A stretch of DNA of 43,774 nt from Methanomicrobiales archaeon (GTDB lineage: Archaea; Halobacteriota; Methanomicrobia; Methanomicrobiales; JACTUA01), in the NCBI GenBank assembly GCA_035517575.1, contig DATIYO010000073.1, positions 1 through 43,774 on the forward strand, read 5' to 3'. How positions within the stretch are numbered: position 1 is the first letter of the stretch; every line of letters starts with the position of its first letter. Below are positions 25,377-33,590 of the stretch, piece by piece. The position numbers and the translations under genes were made by a program. The notes beneath the pieces were generated by a model. That model searched no databases, was not told where the DNA came from, and saw nothing but the letters and a program-made list of their open reading frames with translations.

Positions 25377-25861
25377 CAGTTCCCCAGGATCCGGCGCTCG
25401 AACTCCTCGAGCTGGTCGGTGTCCCCGATGGCGACGACCAGGTCACCGTCCTCGAAGGTGAAGGAGGGGAGGGGGTTGATGATGTTCTTCCCCGCGCGGG
25501 AGACGGCGACGACCGTCGCCCCCGTCTTCGTCCGCACCTGGAGCTCGGCGATGGACTTCCCCGCGAGGTTCTTCTTGAGGACATAGGTGTGGACCCGGAT
25601 GCGGAGGTCGGAGAGGGTGGAGAAGGCGATCTCCACCGCCTCCTTCTCGGCCTCGATGATCGCGCCCGAGAGGAGGCTCCCGAGCCGGCGCGCCTCGGCC
25701 GCGTTGAGCTCGGCCGCGGACGGGGCGGCCTTCCCCTTCTCGAGGACATAGAGCTGGAACTGGCGCGGGCCCATGAAGATGATCGCGACCCGGTCCCCCT
25801 TCTCGGTCTCGAGTTCGTACTTCGTCCCGATCCCGGGGAGCTCGATGCACCTGACACCCAT
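25376..25861 (-). CDS. cation:proton antiporter regulatory subunit (KhtT-like, TrkA-C domain)
   Basis: Trimmed to ATG 25861 (MGVRCIELPGIGTKYELETEKGDRVAIIF). C-terminal TrkA-C: LAGKSIAELQVRTKTGATVVAVSR...GDLVVAIGDTDQLEEFE. Confidence 0.85.
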   Translation of the reverse strand: MGVRCIELPGIGTKYELETEKGDRVAIIFMGPRQFQLYVLEKGKAAPSAAELNAAEARRLGSLLSGAIIEAEKEAVEIAFSTLSDLRIRVHTYVLKKNLAGKSIAELQVRTKTGATVVAVSRAGKNIINPLPSFTFEDGDLVVAIGDTDQLEEFERRILGN

Positions 25862-26006
25862 ATGTACCAAGGTTGGCAAAAAGGGGATAAAATCCTTCGG
25901 TCTGCCTATATAAACCCGAAACCCGCGATCCGGGCCATCGGAGCCCTGCCACGCCCCGGTTCGGCCCGGGGGAAACCCGGGCCGGAGGGAGAAGTATTAT
26001 TGGGAG

Positions 26007-26041
26007 CTTATAAAAAATGTAGCTACGCTGAACCGTTCAGC
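26007..26041 (+). promoter_or_regulatory. putative promoter and operator of the sensor gene
   Basis: CTTATAAAAAATG TATA-like element at 26007..26019, followed by the inverted repeat GCTGAAC-c-GTTCAGC at 26027..26041, 35 nt before ATG 26076. Confidence 0.35.
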
Positions 26042-26075
26042 TGGGCGCTCCCCCACTCCCGGGTGTCTTCACGGC

Positions 26076-27884
26076 ATGGACCTCCGCAGGAAACTCCTGA
26101 TCATCGTCGGCGTCACCCTCGTCTGTACCCTCGTCGCCTTCTATGCCATCACCCACGGGATCGTGCTCGGGGCCTTCGTCTCCCTCGAGGAGAAGAACAC
26201 CCAGCAGAACATGAACCGGTTCATGAACCTCCTCTCCGAGGACCTCTCCTCCCTCGACACCCTGGTGCGTGCCTGGGCCCCGCGGGACGACACGTACACC
26301 TTCCTGCGGGACGGGAACCTCCAGTACATCGAGAAGAACTTCGGGCCCGAGACCTTCACGTCGGGGAGGCTCAACTTCATGGTCTTCCTGAACACGACCG
26401 GCGGGATCTCCTATGCCAAGGCATTCGACCTCGCCTCGGGCCAGGAGGAGCCCCTCCCCCCCGAGGTCGCCGACCTCGTGACGGGCAACCGGGTGCTCCG
26501 GGCCTTCGCCCAGAACAACGACAGCCTCTCCGGCTTCCTCCTCCTCCCCGAGGGGCCGGTGATGGTCGCCTCCGCCCCGATCACGACGAAGAACTACGAC
26601 GGGGTGAGCCGCGGCACCCTCGTGGTCGGCCGGTTCCTGGACGAGAGCGAGATCCGGCGGATCGGCCAGCTCACGAACCAGTCGGTCATGATCTTCCGGC
26701 GGGGGGAGGCGGACAGCCCACCCGACGTGCGGGCGGCCCAGGCCGAGCTCGACGCGAACCGGTCGATCTTCATCGAGCCGGACAGCCCCTCGACCATCGC
26801 GGGCTATGCCCGGATCCTCGACCTCTACGGGGCGCCCATCCTGATCATCAAGACCCAGCTCCCGAGGGAGATCTATGCGCAGGGGCAGGCGACCCTGGAC
26901 TGGTTCACCCTCTCGTACATCGTCCTCATCCTCATCTTTGCCGTCACCTTCCTCTACCTCCTGGACCGCTCCCTCCTCTCGCCCATCTCCCGGCTCTCCA
27001 CCGATGTAAAAAGGATCGGGATGACCCGGGACCTCTCGGCCCGGCTCCGGGTCGGGCGCGAGGAGAACGAGGTGACGAACCTCCAGGAGAACATCAACAA
27101 GACCCTCGCCGCCCTCGAGAAGTCCCAGGTCCGGCTCCAGATGAGCGAGGCGAAGAACCGTGCCCTCCTCGCCGCGGTGCCTGACCTCATGTGCCAGGTG
27201 AAGCGGGAGGGCATCGAGGAGGAGTTCAACCAGGAGACCGCGGCCGAGCTCGGGGGCATGGCCCTCCGCGAGCTCCTGGGGCGGGACCTCGGGGAGATCC
27301 GGGAGACCTTCGAGGTGCCCCCCCGGGCAGAGGCCGGGGAGCCGGAGCCGGACGCGGCGGCCGGGGAGATCTCCCCGGTCTTCATCTTCGAGTACACGAC
27401 CGCGGGGAAAGGCGGGGTGCGGTACTACGAGATGCGCCTCGTCGTCTCGGGGAAGGACGAGGTCCTCGCCATCGCCCGGGACATCACCGACCGGAAGCAG
27501 GCCGAGGAGGAGCTCGAGCGGTACCGGGCCCACCTGGAGGATCTCGTCGGGGCGCGGACCCAGGAGCTCCAGCGGACGAACGAGCAGCTCAGGCAGGAGA
27601 TCTTCCAGCGGAAGCTCATCGAGGTCCAGAAAAGGGAGGCGTACGAGCAGATCGAGAAGAACATCGAGCAGTTCGCGATCCTCGGCGACCACATAAGGAA
27701 CCCCCTCGCGGTCATCGTCGGCCTCGCCGACCTCTCCGAGGGGGCGACCACGGTGAAGATCCTCGACCAGGCGAAGATCATCGACGGGATCATCGACCAG
27801 CTCGACCGCGGCTGGATCGAGTCCGAGAAGGTCCGCGAGTTCCTCCGGAGATATTATTCAAATGACAAGGTGAACGGGAAATAG
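26076..27884 (+). CDS. membrane sensor protein: CHASE4-like periplasmic domain, HAMP, PAS, H-box/DHp-like C-terminus without ATPase domain
   Basis: 602 aa. TM1 LLIIVGVTLVCTLVAFYAI. Extracellular ~250 aa. TM2 WFTLSYIVLILIFAVTFLYLL. HAMP-like SPISRLSTDVKRIGMTRDLSARL. PAS-like block ending LAIARDITDRKQAEEEL. Coiled coil, then FAILGDHIRNPLAVIVGLADL. The protein ends about 60 aa later. Confidence 0.85.
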   Translation: MDLRRKLLIIVGVTLVCTLVAFYAITHGIVLGAFVSLEEKNTQQNMNRFMNLLSEDLSSLDTLVRAWAPRDDTYTFLRDGNLQYIEKNFGPETFTSGRLNFMVFLNTTGGISYAKAFDLASGQEEPLPPEVADLVTGNRVLRAFAQNNDSLSGFLLLPEGPVMVASAPITTKNYDGVSRGTLVVGRFLDESEIRRIGQLTNQSVMIFRRGEADSPPDVRAAQAELDANRSIFIEPDSPSTIAGYARILDLYGAPILIIKTQLPREIYAQGQATLDWFTLSYIVLILIFAVTFLYLLDRSLLSPISRLSTDVKRIGMTRDLSARLRVGREENEVTNLQENINKTLAALEKSQVRLQMSEAKNRALLAAVPDLMCQVKREGIEEEFNQETAAELGGMALRELLGRDLGEIRETFEVPPRAEAGEPEPDAAAGEISPVFIFEYTTAGKGGVRYYEMRLVVSGKDEVLAIARDITDRKQAEEELERYRAHLEDLVGARTQELQRTNEQLRQEIFQRKLIEVQKREAYEQIEKNIEQFAILGDHIRNPLAVIVGLADLSEGATTVKILDQAKIIDGIIDQLDRGWIESEKVREFLRRYYSNDKVNGK

Positions 27885-28112
27885 ACCTCCCTGGTCGCAC
27901 CCCGCCCGATGGCGTGTCGCTTCGGGTCGGTTTCCTGCGAGAAACCACCCTGGTCGCACCCTGCCTGACGGCGGGTCGCTTCGGGTCGGTTTCCAGCGAG
28001 AAACCTCCCTCCTCCGAGAGCGTCCGGATAGCTTCCTGAAGGTCTGAAGAAACTTCTCTGGTCGCACCCGCCTGATGGCGGTCGCTCCAGGTCGGGTTCC
28101 TTCGGAACCCTC
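27885..28112. repeat. three copies of a ~60-nt structured direct repeat in a convergent intergenic region
   Basis: Core CTGGTCGCACC at 27891, 27950 and 28058. Each copy carries two hairpins. Copies are flanked by CCTCC-type pyrimidine tracts. See findings. Confidence 0.75.
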
Positions 28113-28117
28113 CCTCC

Positions 28118-28909
28118 TCACACAATCAACCGCTTCTTCATCAGGTTCACGGCAAGGATAAAGGTCACGGCGGCCACGCCGGCGATCCACGCGAGGGAGA
28201 CGAGGATCAGGGGGGTCACCCGGGAGAGGGTGATCATCCTCGTGATAAGCACCACGTGGGTGAGAGGGAGGAAGGCGTACGCGAAGTCCTGGAGGGGGAC
28301 GGGGAGGATGCTCAGGGGGAAGAAGGTGCCGGAGAAGAGGAACATCGGGGTGATGAAGAGAAAGGCGGGCAGGTTCAGGGTCTCGATGTTCGGGGTGAGG
28401 GCGGTGAAGCACATGCCGATGGAGGCGAAGAGGAAGCCGGCGAGGAGGGCGAAGGGGATGATCGCGAGGGAGATGGGGAGGTCCACGACCCCGAACACGA
28501 CGAGGACGGGGAGCATGATGAGGACGTTCACGAAGCTCCGGGTCGCCCCCCAGAGGATCTCCCCCGTGATCACCTCCTCGATGGAGAGGGGGGTCGCGAT
28601 GATGGCGTCGAAGGTCTTCTGGAAGTACATCCGCACGTACGAGCTGTAGGTGGTCTCGAAGAAGGCCGCGTTCATGATGGAGATCGCGAGGAGCGCGGGG
28701 GCGATGAACCTGGGGTAGGAGACCCCGCCGATCTGGGAGATGAAGATCCCGAGGCCGTACCCCAGGGAGAGGAGGTAGAGGATGGGCTCGAGGAACGGCG
28801 GGAGGAAGTTGATCCGAAACGTCCTCGTGAAGACGTTCCGGTTCCGGTGCCAGACCTTGATGGTCCTCCGGGTCAGCCGGGGCGGGGCGAGGTACGAGAG
28901 ACGGCTCAT
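28118..28909 (-). CDS. ABC-2 type transporter permease
   Basis: Real part of track ORF 28118..29662, starting at ATG 28909 (MSRLSYLAPPRLTRRTIKVWHRNRNVFTRTF). Six predicted TM helices. ATGA overlap with the ATPase gene stop. Confidence 0.9.
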   Translation of the reverse strand: MSRLSYLAPPRLTRRTIKVWHRNRNVFTRTFRINFLPPFLEPILYLLSLGYGLGIFISQIGGVSYPRFIAPALLAISIMNAAFFETTYSSYVRMYFQKTFDAIIATPLSIEEVITGEILWGATRSFVNVLIMLPVLVVFGVVDLPISLAIIPFALLAGFLFASIGMCFTALTPNIETLNLPAFLFITPMFLFSGTFFPLSILPVPLQDFAYAFLPLTHVVLITRMITLSRVTPLILVSLAWIAGVAAVTFILAVNLMKKRLIV

Positions 28910-29814
28910 TCCTTGAGCCTCCTCCCCGTGAGCTTCAGGAAGACGTCCTCGAGGCCCGCCGGCCGGGCGACCACCTCGATGGGGCTGCATTCCCGGAGGA
29001 GGGTCGCCGTCACCTCCCTCGCCCGGTCGGTGAAGACCTGGACCCGCTCCCCCGCCAGCTCGTACTTCGCCCCGAGCCTCCCCAGGCAGGCGAGCACCTC
29101 GGGCCGGTTGTCGGCCTCGACGATATCGGCCGCCGCGTGCCTGGCGACGAGGTCCTGGGGCCTGCCCAGCTCGAGGATCCGGCCCAGGTCCATGATGACG
29201 ATCCGGTCGCAGAGCTGGGCCGCCTCCTCCATGTAGTGGGTCGTGAGGAGGATGGTATTCCCCCGCGAGCGGAGCGCCCGGAGCCGGTCCCAGATGAGGT
29301 GCCTCGCCTGGGGGTCGAGGCCGACCGTCGGTTCGTCCAGGATGAGGAGCCGGGGGTTGTTGATCAGGGCCCGGGCGAGGATGAGCCGGCGCTTCATCCC
29401 CCCCGAGAGCTTCTCGATGGAGGTGTCGCGGCGCTCGGAGAGCTGGACGAAGTCGAGGAGCGACTCGATGGAGGACCGGGCGATGTCGTCGGGGATATCG
29501 AAGTAGCGCGAGTAGACCATCAGGTTCTCGTACACCGAGAAGTCGGGGTCCAGGTTCGTCTCCTGGGGCACGACCCCGATGAGCCCCTTGATCTCGGCCG
29601 GGCGGGCGGAGACGTCCATGCCGAAGACCTCGAGCCTCCCCGAGGTCTTCGGGGAGACGCACTGGATCATCCGCATCGTCGTGGTCTTCCCCGCGCCGTT
29701 CGGCCCGAGGAAGCCGAAGACCTCCCCCTCCCGCACCGAGAAGGAGACCCGGTCCACCGCGACGAAGTCGCCGAACCGTTTCTCGAGGTCCTCAGCGACG
29801 ATGACGTCCCCCAC
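28906..29814 (-). CDS. ABC transporter ATP-binding protein
   Basis: Real part of track ORF 28906..30237. Proposed GTG start at 29814 (VGDVIVAEDLEKRFG); an in-frame GTG about 75 nt upstream is an alternative. Walker A GPNGAGKTT, signature LSGGMKRRL, Walker B LLILDEPT. Confidence 0.9.
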   Translation of the reverse strand: MGDVIVAEDLEKRFGDFVAVDRVSFSVREGEVFGFLGPNGAGKTTTMRMIQCVSPKTSGRLEVFGMDVSARPAEIKGLIGVVPQETNLDPDFSVYENLMVYSRYFDIPDDIARSSIESLLDFVQLSERRDTSIEKLSGGMKRRLILARALINNPRLLILDEPTVGLDPQARHLIWDRLRALRSRGNTILLTTHYMEEAAQLCDRIVIMDLGRILELGRPQDLVARHAAADIVEADNRPEVLACLGRLGAKYELAGERVQVFTDRAREVTATLLRECSPIEVVARPAGLEDVFLKLTGRRLKE

Positions 29815-29912
29815 GCCCGCTTCACCACCGGTTCCTCTCCCCGGGTTATCGCAGACCCTGATAAACCCTCGCCGCCCGGGCACCGGTGTTCCCCCGCCGC
29901 TATCCGGAAGGT

Positions 29913-31097
29913 TCAGGGGATGATCTCGCAGCCGTTGTACCGCGGGTGGGCGAAGTCCTCCATCCGGAGGACCCCCGCGTCGATGAGGCCCCTCACCCGC
30001 GGGAGGGCCCCGAGGAGCCCCTGCCGCAGGTTCTCCACCGTGCCGCAGACCACCCGCTTCATGTCCTCGGGCCAGGGGTGGAGCGCCCGGGCATAGAGGC
30101 ACCTCCCCCCGCAGAACCCCCGGATGCCGCAGCCGTCGCAGCCGTCGGGCACGGGGGAGGTCATGCGGAGGCCGGCGGGGTCCGCGTCCCGGATATGCCC
30201 GAGGTAGTAGTCCGTGAGGCCGACCATGCAGGGGCACGGGCCGATGGAGCCGTCGGTCATGATGGTCAGGTTCGCGTGGCCGGCGCCGCAGCGGAGCGGG
30301 CTCTCCCTCCCGACGAGCAGGTCCTCCATGGGGTCGATGAAGGGGTACCAGCGCGGGACCCTCCCGGTCGCCTCCATCCTCCCCACCCAGTCGCCGATGA
30401 GGGCGATGACCCCGGGGTTGTAGTCCGACCCTGCCCAGGACGCGAAGGGGCGTGCATGGGCGTCGCAGGCGAGGTCGGCGTCGAGCTGCCAGTGGATGGA
30501 CGGGAAGGAGCAGTCGGGGTTTTCGGCGAGGAACCGGACCGAGTCGAGGATGCTCGTCCCCTCGGTCACGGTCATCCGCGCGATGAGCTCACCCTTATAC
30601 CCGCCGTCCGCGAGCCCCCGCACGTTTGCCATCACCCGGTCATAGGTCCCCGCCCCCCGCGAGCGGTCGGTGGTCTCCCGCGTGCCGTCGATGGAGACGA
30701 GCAGGGTGTCGAGCCGGTTCGCCACGCCACGCGGGAGCCGGTCCAGGAGGAGACCGTTCGTCTGGAGGAGGAACCGCCTCGCGGGGGCGTGCTCCACCAT
30801 CTCGCAGACCAGGTCGGAACGGAGCAGGGGCTCCCCGCCGTAGAAGATGAGGGAGGCGTCGGGGTCCCTGCCGAGGAAGTTGTAGAGGGTGCCCATTTCG
30901 TAGTCCGGCTCGAAGGGGAGCTCGAGGTCGACCCCGGGCCCGGGATCGCCCGGCTCTCCGGGGAGGAACGCCTTCCCCCTGCAGTAGGTGCAGGAGAGGT
31001 TGCAGTCGTCGGTGAGGATGATGTGGTAATACACCGGTTTTCCCGGAAAGTTTCGCAGGCGGGGGAGAAAAGGTACCCGCAGGGGTCCCCAGCGCAA
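29913..31097 (-). CDS. radical SAM enzyme with C-terminal SPASM-type Cys-rich domain (peptide-maturase-like)
   Basis: 394 aa. TDDCNLSCTYC (CxxxCxxC). IFYGGEPLL. SPASM-like CGAGHANLTIMTDGSIGPCPC ... CDGCGIRGFCGGRC. The track start is TTG 31097; a GTG at the V of KPVYYH is an alternative. Confidence 0.87.
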   Translation of the reverse strand: MRWGPLRVPFLPRLRNFPGKPVYYHIILTDDCNLSCTYCRGKAFLPGEPGDPGPGVDLELPFEPDYEMGTLYNFLGRDPDASLIFYGGEPLLRSDLVCEMVEHAPARRFLLQTNGLLLDRLPRGVANRLDTLLVSIDGTRETTDRSRGAGTYDRVMANVRGLADGGYKGELIARMTVTEGTSILDSVRFLAENPDCSFPSIHWQLDADLACDAHARPFASWAGSDYNPGVIALIGDWVGRMEATGRVPRWYPFIDPMEDLLVGRESPLRCGAGHANLTIMTDGSIGPCPCMVGLTDYYLGHIRDADPAGLRMTSPVPDGCDGCGIRGFCGGRCLYARALHPWPEDMKRVVCGTVENLRQGLLGALPRVRGLIDAGVLRMEDFAHPRYNGCEIIP

Positions 31098-31129
31098 CCC
31101 TAAAGGGCACGGGAGTATCCATCTCCCGT

Positions 31130-32335
31130 ATGGTCACCCTCGCTGATATCAGGGAGGCACGGGACCGGATCGCGCCCCACGTCATCCGCACGCCCCTCGT
31201 GCCCTCCCCGACCCTCTCGGCCCGGTCCGGCTTCGAGGTCTTCCTGAAGCTCGAGACGATGCAGAAGGCCGGCTCCTTCAAGGTAAGGGGCGCCATGAAC
31301 TGGATCCTCTCGCGGAAGGAAGGGATCGGGAGGAAGGGGGTCGTCGCCGCGTCGGCGGGCAACCATGCGCAGGGCGTGGCGGTGGCGGCCCGGCTCGCGG
31401 GGGTGCCGGCGACCGTGGTGATGCCCGCCTGGGCATCGGTATCGAAGCAGGCGGCCACCCGTTCCTACGGGGCGGAGGTGATCCTGCATGGGAAGGACCT
31501 CGAGGAGAGCATCGGGTACGCGAGGGAGCTCGAGAGGGAGGGCAGGTCCTTCCTCCCCACCTTCGACGACCCGGCGGTCATCGCCGGCCAGGGCACCGTC
31601 GGCCTCGAGATCCTCGAGGACCTCCCCGGGGCCGACCTGGTCCTCGTGCCCGTGGGCGGCGGGGGGCTCATCGCGGGTATCGCGGTCGCCGCGAGGGGGG
31701 TGAAGCCGTCGGTCCGGGTCCTCGGGGTGCAGGCGGAGGCATGCCCGTCGGCGGTGGAGGCGGTGAAGGCGGGGGGGCCGGTGCTCGTCGACGCGGCGCC
31801 GACCCTCGCGGACGGCATCCGGGTCAGGAGGACGGGCGACCTCACCTTCCCGATCCTCCGCGACCTGGTCGAGGAGACGGTCCTCGTCGGGGAGCCGGAG
31901 ATCGCGGAGGCCATGCTCCTCCTCCTCGAGCGGAAGCGGGTGATCGCCGAGGGGGCGGGCGCCGCCCCCCTCGCCGCCCTCATCGCGGGGAAGGTGAAGG
32001 CGGTGGAGGGGTCCCGGGTCGTCCTCGTCGTGAGCGGCGGGAACGTGGACACCCCGCTCCTGGAACGGGTGATCCACCAGGGGCTCGTGCGGAACGGCAG
32101 GATCCTCACGGCCGAGGTGGTCCTCGACGACGTGCCCGGGGCCCTCGCGGGGCTCCTCGCGGTCATCGCGGCGGCGGGCGGGAACATCCTCCAGATCCAC
32201 CACCTCAGGGGAGGGGCGGACCTCCCGGTCCGGTCGGTGCGGGTCTCCCTCGAGGTGGAGACGAGGGACGAGGAGCACCGTCGGGACATCGTGCAGGCGG
32301 CCGGGGCGGCGGGGTACCGGCTGGCCGGCTCCTGA
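31130..32335 (+). CDS. ilvA: threonine ammonia-lyase (PLP-dependent, with C-terminal ACT-like domain)
   Basis: 401 aa: FLKLETMQKAGSFKVRGAMN (PLP lysine), AASAGNHAQGVAVAA, VPVGGGGLIAG. Confidence 0.92.
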   Translation: MVTLADIREARDRIAPHVIRTPLVPSPTLSARSGFEVFLKLETMQKAGSFKVRGAMNWILSRKEGIGRKGVVAASAGNHAQGVAVAARLAGVPATVVMPAWASVSKQAATRSYGAEVILHGKDLEESIGYARELEREGRSFLPTFDDPAVIAGQGTVGLEILEDLPGADLVLVPVGGGGLIAGIAVAARGVKPSVRVLGVQAEACPSAVEAVKAGGPVLVDAAPTLADGIRVRRTGDLTFPILRDLVEETVLVGEPEIAEAMLLLLERKRVIAEGAGAAPLAALIAGKVKAVEGSRVVLVVSGGNVDTPLLERVIHQGLVRNGRILTAEVVLDDVPGALAGLLAVIAAAGGNILQIHHLRGGADLPVRSVRVSLEVETRDEEHRRDIVQAAGAAGYRLAGS

Positions 32336-32539
32336 GGCCACACCCCCACGCCGTGGCTCCGGCGAAAAACGGTAATCGGGGCTCCCGCGGCAAAACGGGA
32401 TTTTGGAAGGGACAGATTGTAAAGAAAAGCATGACCTGACCTCCTTTCCCGGATCGGGAAGAAACGCTCCCACGGAAGGCCCCGAGCGGGCCCCGTTAAC
32501 CGGTGCGTTTCCCCTTTTACACGCAAAAACGTCCGTAAA

Positions 32540-32598
32540 GTATTTAAACCTTCGAAACGTTATTTCAGTTATACAAACCTAAAATCACATTTGAGGAG
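32540..32598 (+). promoter_or_regulatory. strong-looking promoter and RBS of the small basic protein gene
   Basis: AT-rich island in GC-rich DNA. GTATTTAAAC TATA box at 32540..32549. GAGGAG RBS at 32593..32598, 5 nt before ATG 32604. Confidence 0.5.
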
Positions 32599-32603
32599 TA
32601 AAA

Positions 32604-32819
32604 ATGGGACAGAAAGTTGGATCTGAAAAGATTAAGCGCGAGAAGGGCTACCTGTACTACCTGGGCAAGGACGGCTATGTCTGGGCCGCACCCATGAAGA
32701 ACAACCCGGGCGGCAGGAAGAAGAAGGTCGGGTCGGAGCGTATCTCCAAGGACATGGGGTACCTCTACTACATCGACAAGGCCGGCTTCGTGGCGAAGGC
32801 CAAGATGAAGAACGCCTAA
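32604..32819 (+). CDS. small basic protein made of an internal duplication, unknown function
   Basis: 71 aa. Halves KVGSEKIKREKGYLYYLGKDGYVWAAPMKN and KVGSERISKDMGYLYYIDKAGFVAKAKMKN. Lys-rich. T-rich terminator (CCCTTTTTCTTCC, GCTGTTTTCTCC) downstream. Confidence 0.75.
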   Translation: MGQKVGSEKIKREKGYLYYLGKDGYVWAAPMKNNPGGRKKKVGSERISKDMGYLYYIDKAGFVAKAKMKNA

Positions 32820-32969
32820 ACCCACCCTTTTTCTTCCGTTCGCTGTTTTCTCCGTGATCTCTCCCCACCGGAGGTGCCGTCTCCCGCCTTCGGGGCATGT
32901 CTCAAATCCTGTCATCCCCGCGAAATTTTATATGGTCCCGAAGGGATCACGCCTCCGGGTGAAGGAGAC

Positions 32970-33140
32970 ATGCCCTCGTTCAAGTGCGCAGACGTCGGGA
33001 TGCCGTGCAAGTTCCAGGCCACGGCGGATACCGAGCCGGAACTCATGAAGAAGATCGCGGTCCATGCAAAGACGACCCATAACATCGACCCGATCCCCCC
33101 CGACCTGCTTGCGAAGGTGAAGAAGGCGATCAAGAAGTAG
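32970..33140 (+). CDS. DUF1059 small metal-binding protein
   Basis: Track ORF trimmed to ATG 32970 with a GAAGGAGA RBS. MPSFKCADVGMPCKFQATADTEPELMKKIAVHAKTTHNI. Confidence 0.8.
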   Translation: MPSFKCADVGMPCKFQATADTEPELMKKIAVHAKTTHNIDPIPPDLLAKVKKAIKK

Positions 33141-33158
33141 GATACCTGCCCCCCGCGG

Positions 33159-33590
33159 CTACCTCACCGCGAACTGCACCGCGGTCGGGTATCTCCGGGC
33201 GATGGCATAGGCGATGGCCCGGGAGACCCAGAGCCTGCCGTCCGTGAGATGCCTCCCCTCCCCGAGCTCACCGAGCGCCTGGAGGGCCCTCACCGCGGTC
33301 GCATCGTCGAGGTAGCAGCTGTCGGGGACGTCCATCGCGAGATAAAAGAGGATGGGGATCTTCAGGACCTTCCCGAGGTCGTCGGGTAGCCCGTCCCCGA
33401 GCCGCGAGAGGGCGCCGCGGTCGAAGAGGTACTCCGCCCCGGCCCGGGTCCGGGCGGCGGGCCTCTCCTCGGCGAGGAGGGAGGAGAGCGTCCTCTGCCC
33501 CTCGACTACGCCCTCGTTCATCCGGGCGATCTCGAGGCCCGTCCACCGGGCGAGGACCGACTCGTCGGTGATCCGGGGCCGGTGCGTCAT
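33159..33590 (-). CDS. UPF0216 / DUF61 family archaeal protein
   Basis: 143 aa: LEIARMNEGVV..RTLSSLLAEERPAARTRAGAEYLFDRGALSRL..LKIPILFYL. ATGA overlap with the upstream protease gene. Confidence 0.65.
   Translation of the reverse strand: MTHRPRITDESVLARWTGLEIARMNEGVVEGQRTLSSLLAEERPAARTRAGAEYLFDRGALSRLGDGLPDDLGKVLKIPILFYLAMDVPDSCYLDDATAVRALQALGELGEGRHLTDGRLWVSRAIAYAIARRYPTAVQFAVR

Noticed and set aside
27885-28112. The three direct repeats as a CRISPR array
   Set aside because: There are only three copies, the first two are directly abutting (no spacer) and the third is offset by 48 nt. The units are about 60 nt and diverged, and no cas genes or leader are present.
27790-28125. 111-aa minus-strand ORF across the repeats (EEGGF... 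twice) as a multi-core RiPP precursor for the adjacent radical SAM enzyme
   Set aside because: The repeat period between copies 1 and 2 is 59 nt (not a multiple of 3), so the copies are read in different frames. The translation is Arg/Pro/Ser-rich and runs antisense into the sensor gene. Conservation follows hairpin structure, not codons. It is kept only as a remote possibility.
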